Assembly (NCBI RefSeq): GCF_964204865.1
Contig: NC_135252.1
Location: 10,850,001-10,914,000 of the forward strand
DNA length: 64,000 nucleotides
Reading direction: 5' to 3'
Origin: Styela clava
Lineage: Eukaryota
The notes below the pieces were generated by a model. That model was not told the origin of the DNA and did no database searches. It worked only from the letters and a program-made list of their open reading frames with translations. This document shows positions 35,801 through 48,700 of this stretch, one piece after another; position 1 is the stretch's first letter; the number at the start of each line of letters is the position of its first letter. The translations under genes and the position numbers were made by a program.

Positions 35801-36803
35801 GAACATGGGATAATAACGAATTGGAATATTGCTTTTAATGGCTATAAAAAGGTGGCGACCGTAACAAGGATTACACTTATATATTTTTACATATTTGAAG
35901 GAGAAATTAAATTTTGTTGTAAACACAAGTATTCGTGAATTGAAGATGGTCGTGGATGCAAATATCCATGAATGCAAATGTACGCGAGTTCAAATGTTCG
36001 TTTTTGCAAATGTCGGTGAGATTTAATGTTCATGGATGTATGTACGCGGATGTTAAAACGTATACGTGCGTGCAAATGTCTGTGGGTGCAGATGTTACTG
36101 GGTGCAAATTTTTGCAGGTACAAATGGTAGTGCAAATGTGTATGGGTGCAAAAGGTAAATACTCAAAGTTGTTTAAATTGTTAAGCTACCTCCGTTGCAC
36201 GTAGTGACAAATCTTGCTCCTTATTTCTTACATCCAGTTGGTTGCTTCGTACTATCATATCTCTTACGATGTTTGTAGATAATAATACGCCGGCCTAAAA
36301 TTTATTTATATATCTGAAAGCTTGATTGCGCTAATATTTTGGAACTGAAAACCTAGCTTTAATCTAATCCGTGACGTATGTCCCTAATATATGACACATA
36401 CCTTTATATCAACATTCCAGAAGTGGGCAAACATTTGCCAAGTAGGTTTTATGGAGTCAAGATAAATAGATGCCATGTCCGCTAAAGTTGAGTGGTGATA
36501 TTTAACTCATCGCATGGATTGGGCTAACTTTAAACATACACAAAATTTATGGATTTTTGGGGTACATTTTTAATAAAAAAAGTTGAAACAGACGGAGTAT
36601 GTTTTCCCATACTTAATGCGGGAAAATGTGATTTAAACGAAGATATTATCACCCTAGTTCCTAATAAAGTTTAACTGTTCTTTTTGTGCAATTTCCCAAT
36701 ATTGGTAATGAATGAATTGGAAAACACTTACGTAATACAAATATCCCAAAACGAATATACAGACTCCTACGATCAATGTTGAGCCTTCCCGTTTACGCAG
36801 CAT
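32856..36803 (-). CDS. Golgi carbohydrate sulfotransferase (Sulfotransfer_2, CHST8-14 family), 5 coding exons, 390 aa
   Basis: Exons 36803-36732, 35304-35125, 34634-34440, 33943-33779, 33416-32856, all phase 0 with GT-AG; N-terminal type II TM, 5'-PSB FCEVAKVGCT, 3'-PB VREPFQRLLSAY, HW...CDPC..YDYIARLET, MYKPDYDIFGY. Confidence 0.93.
35321..36192. mobile_element. Foldback-like element with arrays of TGCACCC (left) and GGGTGCA (right) in sulfotransferase intron 1
   Basis: Repeated TTGCACC/CTGCACCC at about 35345-35440 and inverse GGGTGCAAA/GTGCAAAT at about 35955-36152; ends approximate. Confidence 0.65.
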
Positions 36804-39800
36804 ACTGAAATTAAATACAATATTGTTGCAACCCTTACGAAATTTCTGAATTTCCAAAATACACTAAAAAATTAAAAAGTAAAATTGTGTTTCATTTTAT
36901 CTATTCGTCCGAGCTGTATACTGAAATGGAATACAAATATATATATATTTAGGTTTCACTTCTAAGAAATTATTATTATAGAGTAATACACTGAAAAATA
37001 TAGAAGCCAAATTATTTATCATATATATCTGCTCATCGGTTGTAACCGAAACGAAACCAAATGAAAAATATTAATTGATCAGGCCGTCGCTATGATCAGG
37101 TAGATAAATGTTAATACGTTCTTCTACTGGTCTGATCGCGACATTTGTTTATTTTAAATAATGCTGGGAAGATTGAATAATAGTGCAGCTGGCAAAATAA
37201 GTTAAACAACCTTAGACACACCAGACACAAAGTTGGCTTAATACGTTTCATCCACACGTGACTGGGGTAATAAGGTCGACTATTGCACGGACCGTGCTTG
37301 GAAAATGAGCCAGTTTTTGATTACCCTTCACTTGAAGACCAAATTACCAGTTTGGAATACCAGATCACTTTACGGAATCTTAAAATTGGTTTCGCATCCC
37401 TAATACCTCATTCAAAATTTGGAAAGCGGATTTTGCGTCATTTAGTTGGATCTACGTCCGGGTTCCGGCTATTTGAATGTCGTGAAAACATGTCATGAAT
37501 CAGTTCAATCATGTTCATATGAGCATGACGCAAAGGAATTTTTCACAATGGGTTATCTGCGATTCGTCCAGAGTGGCTTTTGTTTGCTTTTAGATGGATT
37601 AGTTCTCGGAATAAATCAGTTTCAACGTTCCAACCGCCAGATAGAATGTTGATAACCAAATGCACATAAACGTTTTAAAAAAGCTATTATGATACATTTT
37701 ACAAAATTATAGGAACAGCAGATTTTTGATTATATATGTGCAGTATATTTCACTAACGTTCTGCTTATGTATACCTATGCAGTACAATAAACAGAACAAA
37801 ACCTGCCTCGTCTCCCTTTCAAAGCAATTTAAGAGCTAAATTTGAGGAATTTTATTTTGACACATGTGTCATTGCAATCCAATTCTTCACTCAGTTGTAT
37901 ACTAATATATAATTGTTGCTAATATCTTCGTGGAAAACATAGTAATATAACATACAAGAAAAAAGAAATTGGCACAATGAATTTAAATACAAATGGTAGT
38001 CCTATTTTAATGCCATGAAGGTTGAAGAAGAAAAATAGGATATCACAATGTAGAAAAGTCGAAAAGTTATTCTAAAAGTGACATAAACACATTAAATGAT
38101 TTCTAATTTTGAGCATTATAAGCGCAGGCACTCCAGTAATTGAGACCAAATGGTTTTTACGTAGGCTGTTATACTTTTTCATTGGTAGGCCTATCCTTCC
38201 TGCTTGGGAAAACTTTAAAATGTGTGGTACATATGATTCTTACAAACGGCAACATCAAAAATGCAATGTTAATATCGAAGTTATACGTTACGGTTACGCT
38301 AATTCATTTGTGAATACTGCAAATACGAAAAATAATTTCTGACATCGAATACGCGATTCCGCTCAGCCATATTGACGACTTTACTGAAGCATTTCTGATG
38401 ATATGGATCTCTACTAGTTCTTTATTTATCATAAAACAGCTAGCTAAGGTCGAGTTAAAAAATCCAAATATTGTGCATTCCTGAGGCGCGTTGTCTCAAT
38501 ATTGTTGCTGTTTTCACAGAGGCGTATTTCTCATTCTTAGTCTGTTTATTTTGGCGCGTCGTCAATGCCTTGTAGTGGAGAAAGTAGACATATAAATGAC
38601 GAAAACTTTCAATTTATATTTGAAATTGGCTATGTGAATATTCAATAAAATCAATTACGCTCGATATGCTCATTCAAGAAAGGGTATTATCTTTCCGAAA
38701 AGCCCTTCTTTTTGAGAATTATATTTGGTCATATAAAACTGTTTTTCCTCCTCATTATGCTACACCTCATATTATTTGTCTGTACTCCACCATCATTTGA
38801 AGAGAATTGTTGAGAGTTGAGATGCTGTCCGTTACTAGATATATGCTGATACATTGAATAACGATCAATTATGAAATAAAATAGTTGTTAAGAATACATA
38901 GCTGTCTGATTTTATATTCCGACGTATAAGTATACTTCTATACCGTGGACCTATCCCAACTGAACAAATATGATAGGCGGAAAGTGCAATGTCCAGACCA
39001 TCGTGCGCAAAATATGTCTTTATCAGTTTCTGGAACGAAATAAATAAGTTCTTATGAGAAATGTACAAAAACATCCCTAAACGTTAACTTCATCATAAGG
39101 CTTGACTGGCTGGCCCCTTGTAGAGAACACTTCGTCGGCGTTATCGAAAAATCGTTTATTATCTTTAGAAGTTAAAAGTCAACGTTATTGCCATTATATG
39201 TAATCAGATCTCGTCTTTAATTCTTATTCTTAAATATACTGACATTAGGTAGTATTACAGCTAGAGGTCTTCAGCTAGGCTATATGTTGCCTACCCAGGT
39301 ACAGTCTGAGGTCTAACCCTAATCCTAGTCTACGTAGAAATTAAAACATGTAGCGTTCCAGAAGCTCGTTGTCTCGATTTTGAAAAATATGATCTATTTG
39401 AACAGAGGGCTGTTTCCGGATTCTCCAATGGGATATCGTTTATTTTGGCGTGTCATCATTGCGATTGAATGAAAAGAGTAAGCGCAAAATACAGAACAAA
39501 AAAACTTGTGCACACAGAAACAAACCGCGCAAAAATAACAGTTGCCCCATCAACCCCCCAAAATATTTTGTTGAAAATGGACTGTGTGAATTTTCGGTAA
39601 ATCTAATATTGCTTGATTATTTCTAATACCTCTTTCCCTATGCAAATTTGCAGTGATTTTCAACCTTTTTGGAACCTCGTAACACTTAGATCACGAATTT
39701 TTCGCGAAACACTATATGAAAAAATCTTCGATTTTTGGAAACTATCCGAAAACACGATAATCCCTACCAAGATTACAGCAAGACCAATAGCTTATGACTC

Positions 39801-42800
39801 GAGTTGTAAAGAGACGTTAATTTAACAAATTTAAATTTATCACTACAAAGAACAAGAGTACGCCAATAGGAATCAATTTCAACCTGGCTGTTTGTAGCGA
39901 ATAGCGATGCAATATTAATATGATATATGAGCTTGTTTAGGTGAGCTTCAATGATTGTTGGTTTCTTATCTGTATGATATAACGCGCGGTCTGTATTATA
40001 AATAAGTTAATAAACTGCCTTGATATAGCTAACTAAATTATTCTCCCGATGTCATAAGCCTCCAAACGAATATTTTGGTATCGATTTGTTTATTACGTAT
40101 TGATGACCAATCAGCAATACAATAAAACTAAAATTTGGGCGGCCGCTTAGATCGGTTCTATGTAACATTTGTCAGTTTTCATTAATGTCTCTAAAATTTA
40201 GACATAAATAAAATAAGTCTTTCACGCGTGAAAAATTCTACCTGTACTTTTGTCATTGACTAATTTTAATGCTTCCTTTGAGAGTATTCTACGTGCTACG
40301 GCATTTGCAAACAGTTTTAAAATCAATACCATCTTCTTGAATATCTGGGCAGCTGTCATTAAAAAAAATGAATCTAGTCCACTTATTAATATATATTTAT
40401 TAATATATATATCCTAACTTTTTCGTAATCGTTTTTTTTTTATTACATTACTTCAATTGGACCAAGGTTCCCCCGCGTGACCAAGATTCAAGCAATATTT
40501 TTTAAAACAAGATGAATGACAGCTTGATTCAAACCTAAATTCTAAAAACATGTAGAAATTGACCAATAACGCCTGACATTACCAAACCGAGTCAATATTC
40601 ACGACAATGCTTGAAAATAGCGTCTGATTAAATTTCAAATGTTACGTGTCCGTTTTGCTTTTTAACTATTGTCACGGAAATAAACTAGGAAGTCCGTTTC
40701 GAGGAAAACGTTAATTACACGCAAGAAAATCTTCTTAAAAACTAAATATGTGCTTGGTGAATTTTCGATTTCTTTTTACAAAAAATGGGTACAACTATTT
40801 GACGCGGAACATCGGTTGAAAATCACTGTTCTATATAACTGGTTTTCCTTTGCGCTGTTTTGCACTTCGTACTCTTTGTTTCAATATTCTAATGCTCTCA
40901 TTTCTGTAATTTAATCACAGAGTAAAATGCTATTGTCCTTCGATCTAGTTGCTTATACAGACCCTATTTCCAAGCATATATCTGATTGAACACACCAAAT
41001 TTTCAGTAGTTACTTATGCAGAGCCTGATTCAGGGCAGGGTTGTAAATTAAATAGCCATATCTTGTCTATGTGTCATGACTAGCCTACAGCATGTATGAC
41101 CATTTTCGGAGACAAATCTCAGCCAAATGATTCAGCGACGGCCAGTTTTGTACACACAGCATCGAGCTTTGCTTCGCCTAAACAATTTGTGTTTGATTAA
41201 CAGAAGAAAATATGGTGTGATTTCACATAATGGATAGGAAGTAGATGAGTCAGCCAAGATACTAAAACGTTTTCAGTTGTGCAATATAATGCAGATGGAA
41301 GCGGTCCCGTCCTGGGATGGATCTCTATGAAATCATTTCCGTGGTTGCCTCATCCTCACTCTCAAACCACATACAGAAAAATTCAGACTTCCCTAGTGGG
41401 TGATATTTAGTTTCCAATTTATTTTTTGCAATTTTACCTGATCAGTTCCCTTTCTGTTGTATCTTCTTTTTAAGGTAGAGTCATGACATCTTATCTTAAT
41501 TTCGTTCTCTGATAGTTAGAAGACTATCAAGCACGACACGAGATCAAAACTTAACGTCCGGTGAAATACTTGTTTTCGGACTACGAGCCTACGACTCGGA
41601 TCATTCACAGCTGTCAGGAAATGTATTGCTATGATTCCCTCGTTTTCTCATAATGCAAAGAATCTGAGTCCTGTTAACAGCTGGTATTAACATCTTTGCC
41701 AGAATTACTAAATTTTATTTTAACTTGATATGAATGTGCCTACATATGCCCCCTTCGCTGGTATGTGGAACATACCCTATTGTCTACAAAAAATAACTGT
41801 ATAAATTGTTCAATGTCAATCTAAATAAAACAAATTGATTGTGTCTGTTGACTTAATACTTCAAGAAACAATGGAGCAATGCTCAAATATATGGACACGG
41901 AAGCCAAAACAAAGTAGTACGGGTATGCAATCTTTCTCACAGTACCGGAAATGTATTATTGTAGTCCTCCGGACTTCAACCCACCTCCAGAACGCAACAA
42001 ATCTCATAGTCATAGAGTCCACAGAAATTTTTGAACTAAATAAAAGTAATGGGCTTCTAGCCACAAATAAAATTTCTGAAAATTTGAAAGTTTTTGGTCC
42101 ATTAATGAAAAAAGCGATTCTTCCACAATAATAACAACACGGAAACAAAAAGAAAAAAAGAATACCTCTATCAACAACATACTATTAAAAATCGAATTAC
42201 ATTGAGTTCACAGAAATTTTTGAAAACAACAAAGTAATAGCCGACAACAACAATCTTTGATCAGCGAAAATTTCAGTAATTGGTCTTATAAATAAAGATA
42301 AATTTTCACAACAACAGGAGGTAAAATACAAAATGACAAAACGATCAATAGATTCATTTCGTATCCAATAAATATAAATTACCCAAGATCAGTGAATGTC
42401 ACATTTGATATATCATTAAGTGAACAAATAAACGAATACGGGAATGCTCGAATTTAAGACAATAAATAATGATAAAGTATACCTGAATATGAGATAAAAT
42501 TTTGGAATTGAAGAATAATTCTAATATTCAAAAATATAAATATAGTAGGCCTAAAAACAATTCAACTAATATAATAATATAAAATTTATACATAAGTTTA
42601 CCTGAATTGTTTCATGCATAAATATATATTCGTTTCATCTTCGTAATTTTGATTCTGTAATTATTTCATAGTTATATTTATACTAATATTAATGTAATGG
42701 GATACTGAGTGTAAAGACTGAAAACTTATCTCTTATACGCAATTTTAGAAACTTACTCAACATTCAAATTTGTCTCTAGATATAACCAATTCTTAATTAC

Positions 42801-43471
42801 TAATGGAAGTTTCACTAGAGTCGACATCAAACGCGTTAAGTTTTTATTTTATTAATAATCTCAGAAGGGTGCTGCTAAACAATGGATATTTCCTCGACCT
42901 TTGGTACCAAAAAACTTTGTTCTCTGCAATTCACCATTGCAAAACACAACTAAAAAATAGCATACTAAATCAATCAAACGAGCTAATGTTCACCACCACC
43001 ATACCTGAAAATTTGTGGAAAAAATCTGCACATGAATAATTTTTTGGTTATTGATATTATTCATTTATTTGTGATTGTGTTTTTAATATGTGTTTCAAGA
43101 TTCTGTAGTTGCTCATGGAAGAATTGAATTACAGTAATTCAATTTTACCATCTATCCATAATGTTTTCCGACCCTTGACCCCAGTAAATTTACAAATTTT
43201 TCGAGGTCAATTTTGGCGAGTTTGCGCTTACAAACTGGTTTACCTTTTAAAAACCATCATTTTTTTTTATAAAAGTATTCATCCCTTTGCTGCTTACAGA
43301 TACAGATAGCTAGGTAGCCTAGTCCCTTGTAGCTTTTCCAGGGCCAGTTTTTGATTATTGCAACTAAACAATAGCTCGTGGAAAGACATAATTACAATTA
43401 AGTCATTTGATTTACTACAACCGGAAACTCAAAAATAACACGCAAAACAACGAAAACAAGGCAATGTTTAC

Positions 43472-44594
43472 CAGAGTCGGATCAATTGTAATTTGTAATT
43501 GATGTAATTAATTACAGTTTTTCTTGTAATTGTAAATGTAATTTGCTAAAATTTTGGCTCAATTACACTTTCAATTACACAAGGGATCACCAAACTACGG
43601 CGTCCTTTCATCTAGCCCGCAATAATACGAAAAAGGGCGAAATATTTTTCCAAGGGGCTTTTCCGAGAATCGCCTTCCTTTTTTATTTCGTAACATTAGT
43701 CAATCAGCAAGATGCGAAAAAGTGACGTTACAATATGCCTTTTCGCATCCAGTCGTGGTTGTAAACAATATCACAGTTTGCAATTTCGAATGCTATTCGT
43801 TAGTTTTTAGTTGTGTTTCGGAAATTTAAGTTTAAATCAAATAAGTGAATTATCATATTGCCTTCTCGCGACGCGACGCTTCTACGCGAAACTCGGAATT
43901 TTTTTTGAGGGTAGCGGTAGCGTCAAGGGTAAGGACTGCTTCGCTCTGTGTAACGTGTCCATATATTTGAGCATTGCTCTGTTGTAATTGTAATGGGCCT
44001 TTCCCTGAGCATCGACTTCCTCGTTTACTTCGTGACATTGGCCAATCAGCAAGATGCGAAAAGTGACGTAACAATGCTCCCTTCTCGCATCCGCTCAGAC
44101 ACTTTTCTCACTCAGACAAATTTTCAAGCGTGGTCGTAAACATTACCTCATTTTCGCGTTTTTGAACTCTATTCGTTAGTTTTCTGTTGTGTTTCGGAAA
44201 TTTAAATATAAATCAGATAATTCAATGATCACTCTGTCTTCCTAGGAGTTTTAATTTAATCGCAGTAATAAAAAATTAGTGTAGAAATAGCTCTGATGGA
44301 CTAGGCAAAAATTCTTTACCGGTACTTTTAAAAAACAGATTGTTGTATGGTTTGAAACACATACCCCATTTTACAGGCGCCAATTCGCAAAAGCACTCTT
44401 AAAATAGCCCCGAAAATTTTGCAATGGTAAAGTATAGGAAGAATTTTTCGGGGGTTAAAGGTCGGGGAAAGGCCCATGTATTTGTAATTTGATATTTTTT
44501 GCACGGAGTAATTGAAATTGTAATGTAATTAAAACATTTAAGGGAGTAATTGCAATTGTAATTGAACTGAATTTATGTAATTGATACAACTCTG
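43472..44594. mobile_element. hAT-type MITE with GTAATT repeats carrying nested insertions
   Basis: TIR CAGAGTCGGATCAATT / AATTGATACAACTCTG; 8-bp TSD ATGTTTAC (43464-43471) / ATGCTTAC (44595-44602). Confidence 0.85.
43995..44475 (+). mobile_element. MITE with GGGCCTTTCCC TIRs and AT flanks (ISL2EU/PHIS-like)
   Basis: AT-GGGCCTTTCCC ... GGGAAAGGCCC-AT; homologous to 15135-15628. Superfamily is inference from GG..CC ends and the AT flank. Confidence 0.8.
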
Positions 44595-44824
44595 ATGCTT
44601 ACACCCATTCTTGAATGGTTGTCTAAGCTAAGGCTCTAAGCGAATAAAGTGTCCGATCGGCTTCACGAAATTCAATTGTTACATCATTGTTGAGTTATTG
44701 CCGATTGGTCATTGTTACGGAAATAAACAAGGAAACCGACGGTCTCGGGTAAACATCCATATTCCATACCGTACATCTCAATCAACGACTAACATACCGA
44801 TCTCAATGCATAAAATAAAAAAAT

Positions 44825-45388
44825 GGTTCCATTACATTTGAACCCACGTACATTTGAACCCATGACAATTGCACCTGTATGCTATTGCACCTATGGAATT
44901 TTTTTTGTTTCACGGATAGTTAAACCCATACTAACCCTAACCCATGGGTTTTAGCACCCGCATATAGATTGAACCCGTGGATATACGCATGGGTTCAAAT
45001 GTACATTTGGTACATTCGGCGCGGCGGTGTGGCTCAACGGGCTAAGCGTTAGGAATACGCTCGCCATCGCACCTCTAATTACTCTGCGTGGGTTCGCAGG
45101 TTCGAATCCCATGCAGGGATGGTTATGTGCGAGAGGATTGCTGGACACCTCGCCGTCGTTGGGTGGTTCACGTAACCGCTGGTCGGTTACGGCTTCCTCC
45201 ACCACCAAGTCCATGCTTCCGAAAAAAACAAACAATACAGTAAAAACTAATTCCATACCCGACTTGGAATGGTAACCGGGCGAGAGGCCGTGGTTTGCCA
45301 TACGGATAAGCCGTCTTATCGGCTTTCCTCTCTCCTCCGGGATAAATATGTAAATCCTATCCTACATGGGTTCAAATGTACGGTCACC
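44825..45388. mobile_element. MITE with ACATTTGAACCC/GGGTTCAAATGT subterminal repeats, interrupted by a SINE
   Basis: Left TACATTTGAACCC x2; right CATGGGTTCAAATGTAC x2 (44988-45004, 45365-45381) on either side of the SINE; internal CTAACCCTAACCC. Confidence 0.75.
45019..45364 (+). mobile_element. tRNA-derived SINE, full-length young copy
   Basis: A-box TGGCTCAACGGG (~45031), B-box GGTTCGAATCC (~45099), tail TAAATCCTATCCTA. Confidence 0.95.
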
Positions 45389-45727
45389 TAAAAAGATATA
45401 TTTGAGAGGGCGACCGATGCGCCTCGATGCACATGAGTAAGCCATTGAAACAACAAACTTTGAACTGAAAAGAAACGTTGGATTGCCGATTCACTTTCTT
45501 CGTACTGTCGTGCGGTCGTTCATTCATTGTTCTCTTTCTGCATTGTTCTGGCTTTTGAATTACGCTATTGTAATTTGAGGATTGATCATTGTAACAGCAA
45601 AGGAAAAGAACTTTTTTTATAAGTTCTGAATTGTCGCAATTTACTACTGTATGACTATGAGCATTTTTTCCACCTAATATCTGGAATATAGTCACATAAA
45701 TTCAGAAATTTAAGCCAGAATCAGATA

Positions 45728-48700
45728 ATGTCAGTCGCTCCAGAAAGTGTTTCTATTCGACACCGTGGCTCATATGATTTTGAAACACATTACAGTAGTT
45801 TATGTTCTCTGCAAGATACTGTTCCATTGCTTGAAGTGAAGGTAAGAAGTCTTGATAAATAATTTGACATTGTTGAATGTTGCTTACTCGTGAAAAAGAC
45901 ACCATATTTCATAGAAATATGAATTTTTTTATACAAATGAATACATTTTCCTTTTCATGGCTGTGTATTATTTTTTCAATATTTCATAAATAAATTTCTA
46001 TTTCAATATTGGTAATGTTAAATTATTCACAATACATCTGCTCATTGGCCATTGCATTGATTGATTCTACTTTCATGGCGTTCTAAATTTATTGCAGCAA
46101 AGTTTCGGAAGTTTATAGGCTATTGTTATGAATAAAGATTTTGAATATTTTATCTTAAAGTAGACTAGATTAAAAATTATTTCAGTATTTTAACATCAAA
46201 TGAAAAAAATGCATTCAAGAAATATCAATCTTATCATACTTATTGTACATTGTATATAATACCTCATTAATTGGGCTACTTATTCTTTATTTTGTATTGT
46301 CATAACTCTGTATCTAGCAAATGTAACATTTTTTTGCAAGCATCATGGCATCAACCTAGTAATAGGAATCCCACACTAGTCAAAATATTTTCAACACTTC
46401 TCACTAAATAATGGAATTATCAAAAATCTTGATTCCAAAAATATGAGAAATTTCATATGATGTAAGGGACAGGATATATTTTGATATTTCTAAATTATTA
46501 TAGGTTACTAAATTCTAATGTTGCTCAACTAAAAGCTACCTTTAAAATGATCTTACTTACTCTTATCTCTAACTAATAAGACATTAATACGTAATTCATT
46601 TTTCCAACTATATACTTATTCAGATATTTCTAACTGTTCAAAAGGTTTCCATTCAATTTTATTGGCATCAGTGTGGGACTGTGATGTATTCTTTTATTGA
46701 TTTAGTTTCATTTTTGTTCAAAATTGTATTGTGAAAAGCTGATCACAATGTCTTGATCATTAAAAGTTATACAGCAATTATCATTATTAACATTAAGTAA
46801 TTATATGTCTGTATATCGAGTGCTTTTAGATCTTGAAATTTTTTGGATGTACCGGTATATACAAAGGAATTGGTCAAAAAAGTATAACTGAACAAAAACT
46901 TATTTTTGCAGGCACATTTGGGTCAAGGAGTGCTTGACATAAACAGTGATAAAATACGATTGGTTGACTGGTCACCTGTTCTTAACTCACTTCGGATAAA
47001 CAAAAATTTGAGATTTATTGCAATTCGAAGCTACTATTCACAATCAGCGGAGAAGGATGGTATATTTCATTTTGTTAATTTCAACAATTTAAGGATATTC
47101 AAAATAGTAAATGGTAGCCTATTTGAATTCTGAACTACCTGGTTACCTAACCATTTATTCAATATATAATATGGGATATTTTTTACCAGTTTTGCACTTG
47201 TTAAATAATTATTTTCAGATCTGTCAACCACTAGCAGTAAAAGTATTATGTACTTCTTATTAATTTATTAACCATATGGTAATAGAGATTTCACGAAATA
47301 TATGTGTTCCAGGGATGGCTAAAACCGACTATTTCATTGTTACGAACAAATATTGAATGCACAAATTGGGGGCAAGTTCATGTGGAAAATTACATAAATC
47401 ACTATATGTTCATGTTATATCATATCTAAAACGACATAAATATAAGGGTCATTGTTTTCTCTGAGTTGTTTGTTACCAGTTGAGATATTGTGCTTTAATA
47501 TCCGCTTGTCTGACAACTCAAAATCCCTTAGTTGCCACCAGCATATCCGAAGCTGTATGCAAACGGGAAAACACATGTAGCTATTAATATAATTCATTAA
47601 TAGGCCTACAGTTAAATTATTAATATTGTTAAAATCAAGATGTGCAACTCACCTGAGACAAGTAATCATCATATATTTACCTTGCAGCTTTAATATGCTT
47701 CTGATTATTCATTCTATGTCTTATGTGATGCTGGGAGTAGGTTCAGGGTTTTTATTCACCCACGACCCACCTATCAATTATCTGCCATAAGGCCCATAAC
47801 GTATATTTGTATTATATACACAATACACTATACACAAGATCTATTTATTCAGGGGAACAAAAGAAATCTCATTATTTCAAGCGTCGACCACCAGCAATTC
47901 AATCCAAGGATATGACACTGCGATTAGCTCAAGCCATTTCTGAATGTTTGAAACAAACAGAAAACTTGAAGTGCTTGGACTTGCAGGGAATTCCATTTCG
48001 AAAGAAGGATTTGGCTTTCTTGTCAAAGGTGGTGTTTGCTAAGTTTTGAGTGTTTGGTTTTTTTTTAAAACGATTCTTCATTCCTTTTTTCTGGCTTTTG
48101 CTTCAAACAAGGCCTTCTATGTATCCCTCCGATATCTAACAATATGTAGAAAGCTTCTATTATTTCCAAAAACCAGAATCATTCAGGCTCAATATTGGCT
48201 TCTCAATTTACACACTAATGATACGGGGGGCATGAGATTTGAACCCAAGATGTTAGTCTGCAATGTCATCACAGTTAAGTCGAACATGTTAACTGCTGTG
48301 CCATCCCGTTTCTCAAATTATATTTTTGCCACTGGTCTTACTGAGATTTAGCATTTTTGGTGATCAAATTTGCTATGAGTTGTTATTTTTCAATGTGAGA
48401 TTTATTCTACTTGTTTTTGAATAATTCAATTTATTAGCCATTTTTTATATCATCAATTATGTTTATAGGGGCTTGAAAGAAACACCACACTTACTCATGT
48501 ATCATTGGAATATTGCTATATAGGAGATCAAGGATGTGAACGTAAGTATAGTTGAAGCTCTTTTTGAGCTTTGATATGTCCTATAACATTGAAACATTTT
48601 ATATGCATCATTTTTATTAGAATAGTTATTATTCACTATACTTAATTCAACCACGGTACAAAGTCAGCAACACTTGAGTAAACGTTGAGTAGATAGTCTA

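Noticed and set aside
37200-43400. Short open frames and splice-like sites (e.g. 38740-39035 on -)
   Set aside because: No recognisable homology or consistent exon chain.
45019-45118. tRNA gene (A/B boxes)
   Set aside because: No closing acceptor stem evident; continues into a SINE body present in multiple copies.
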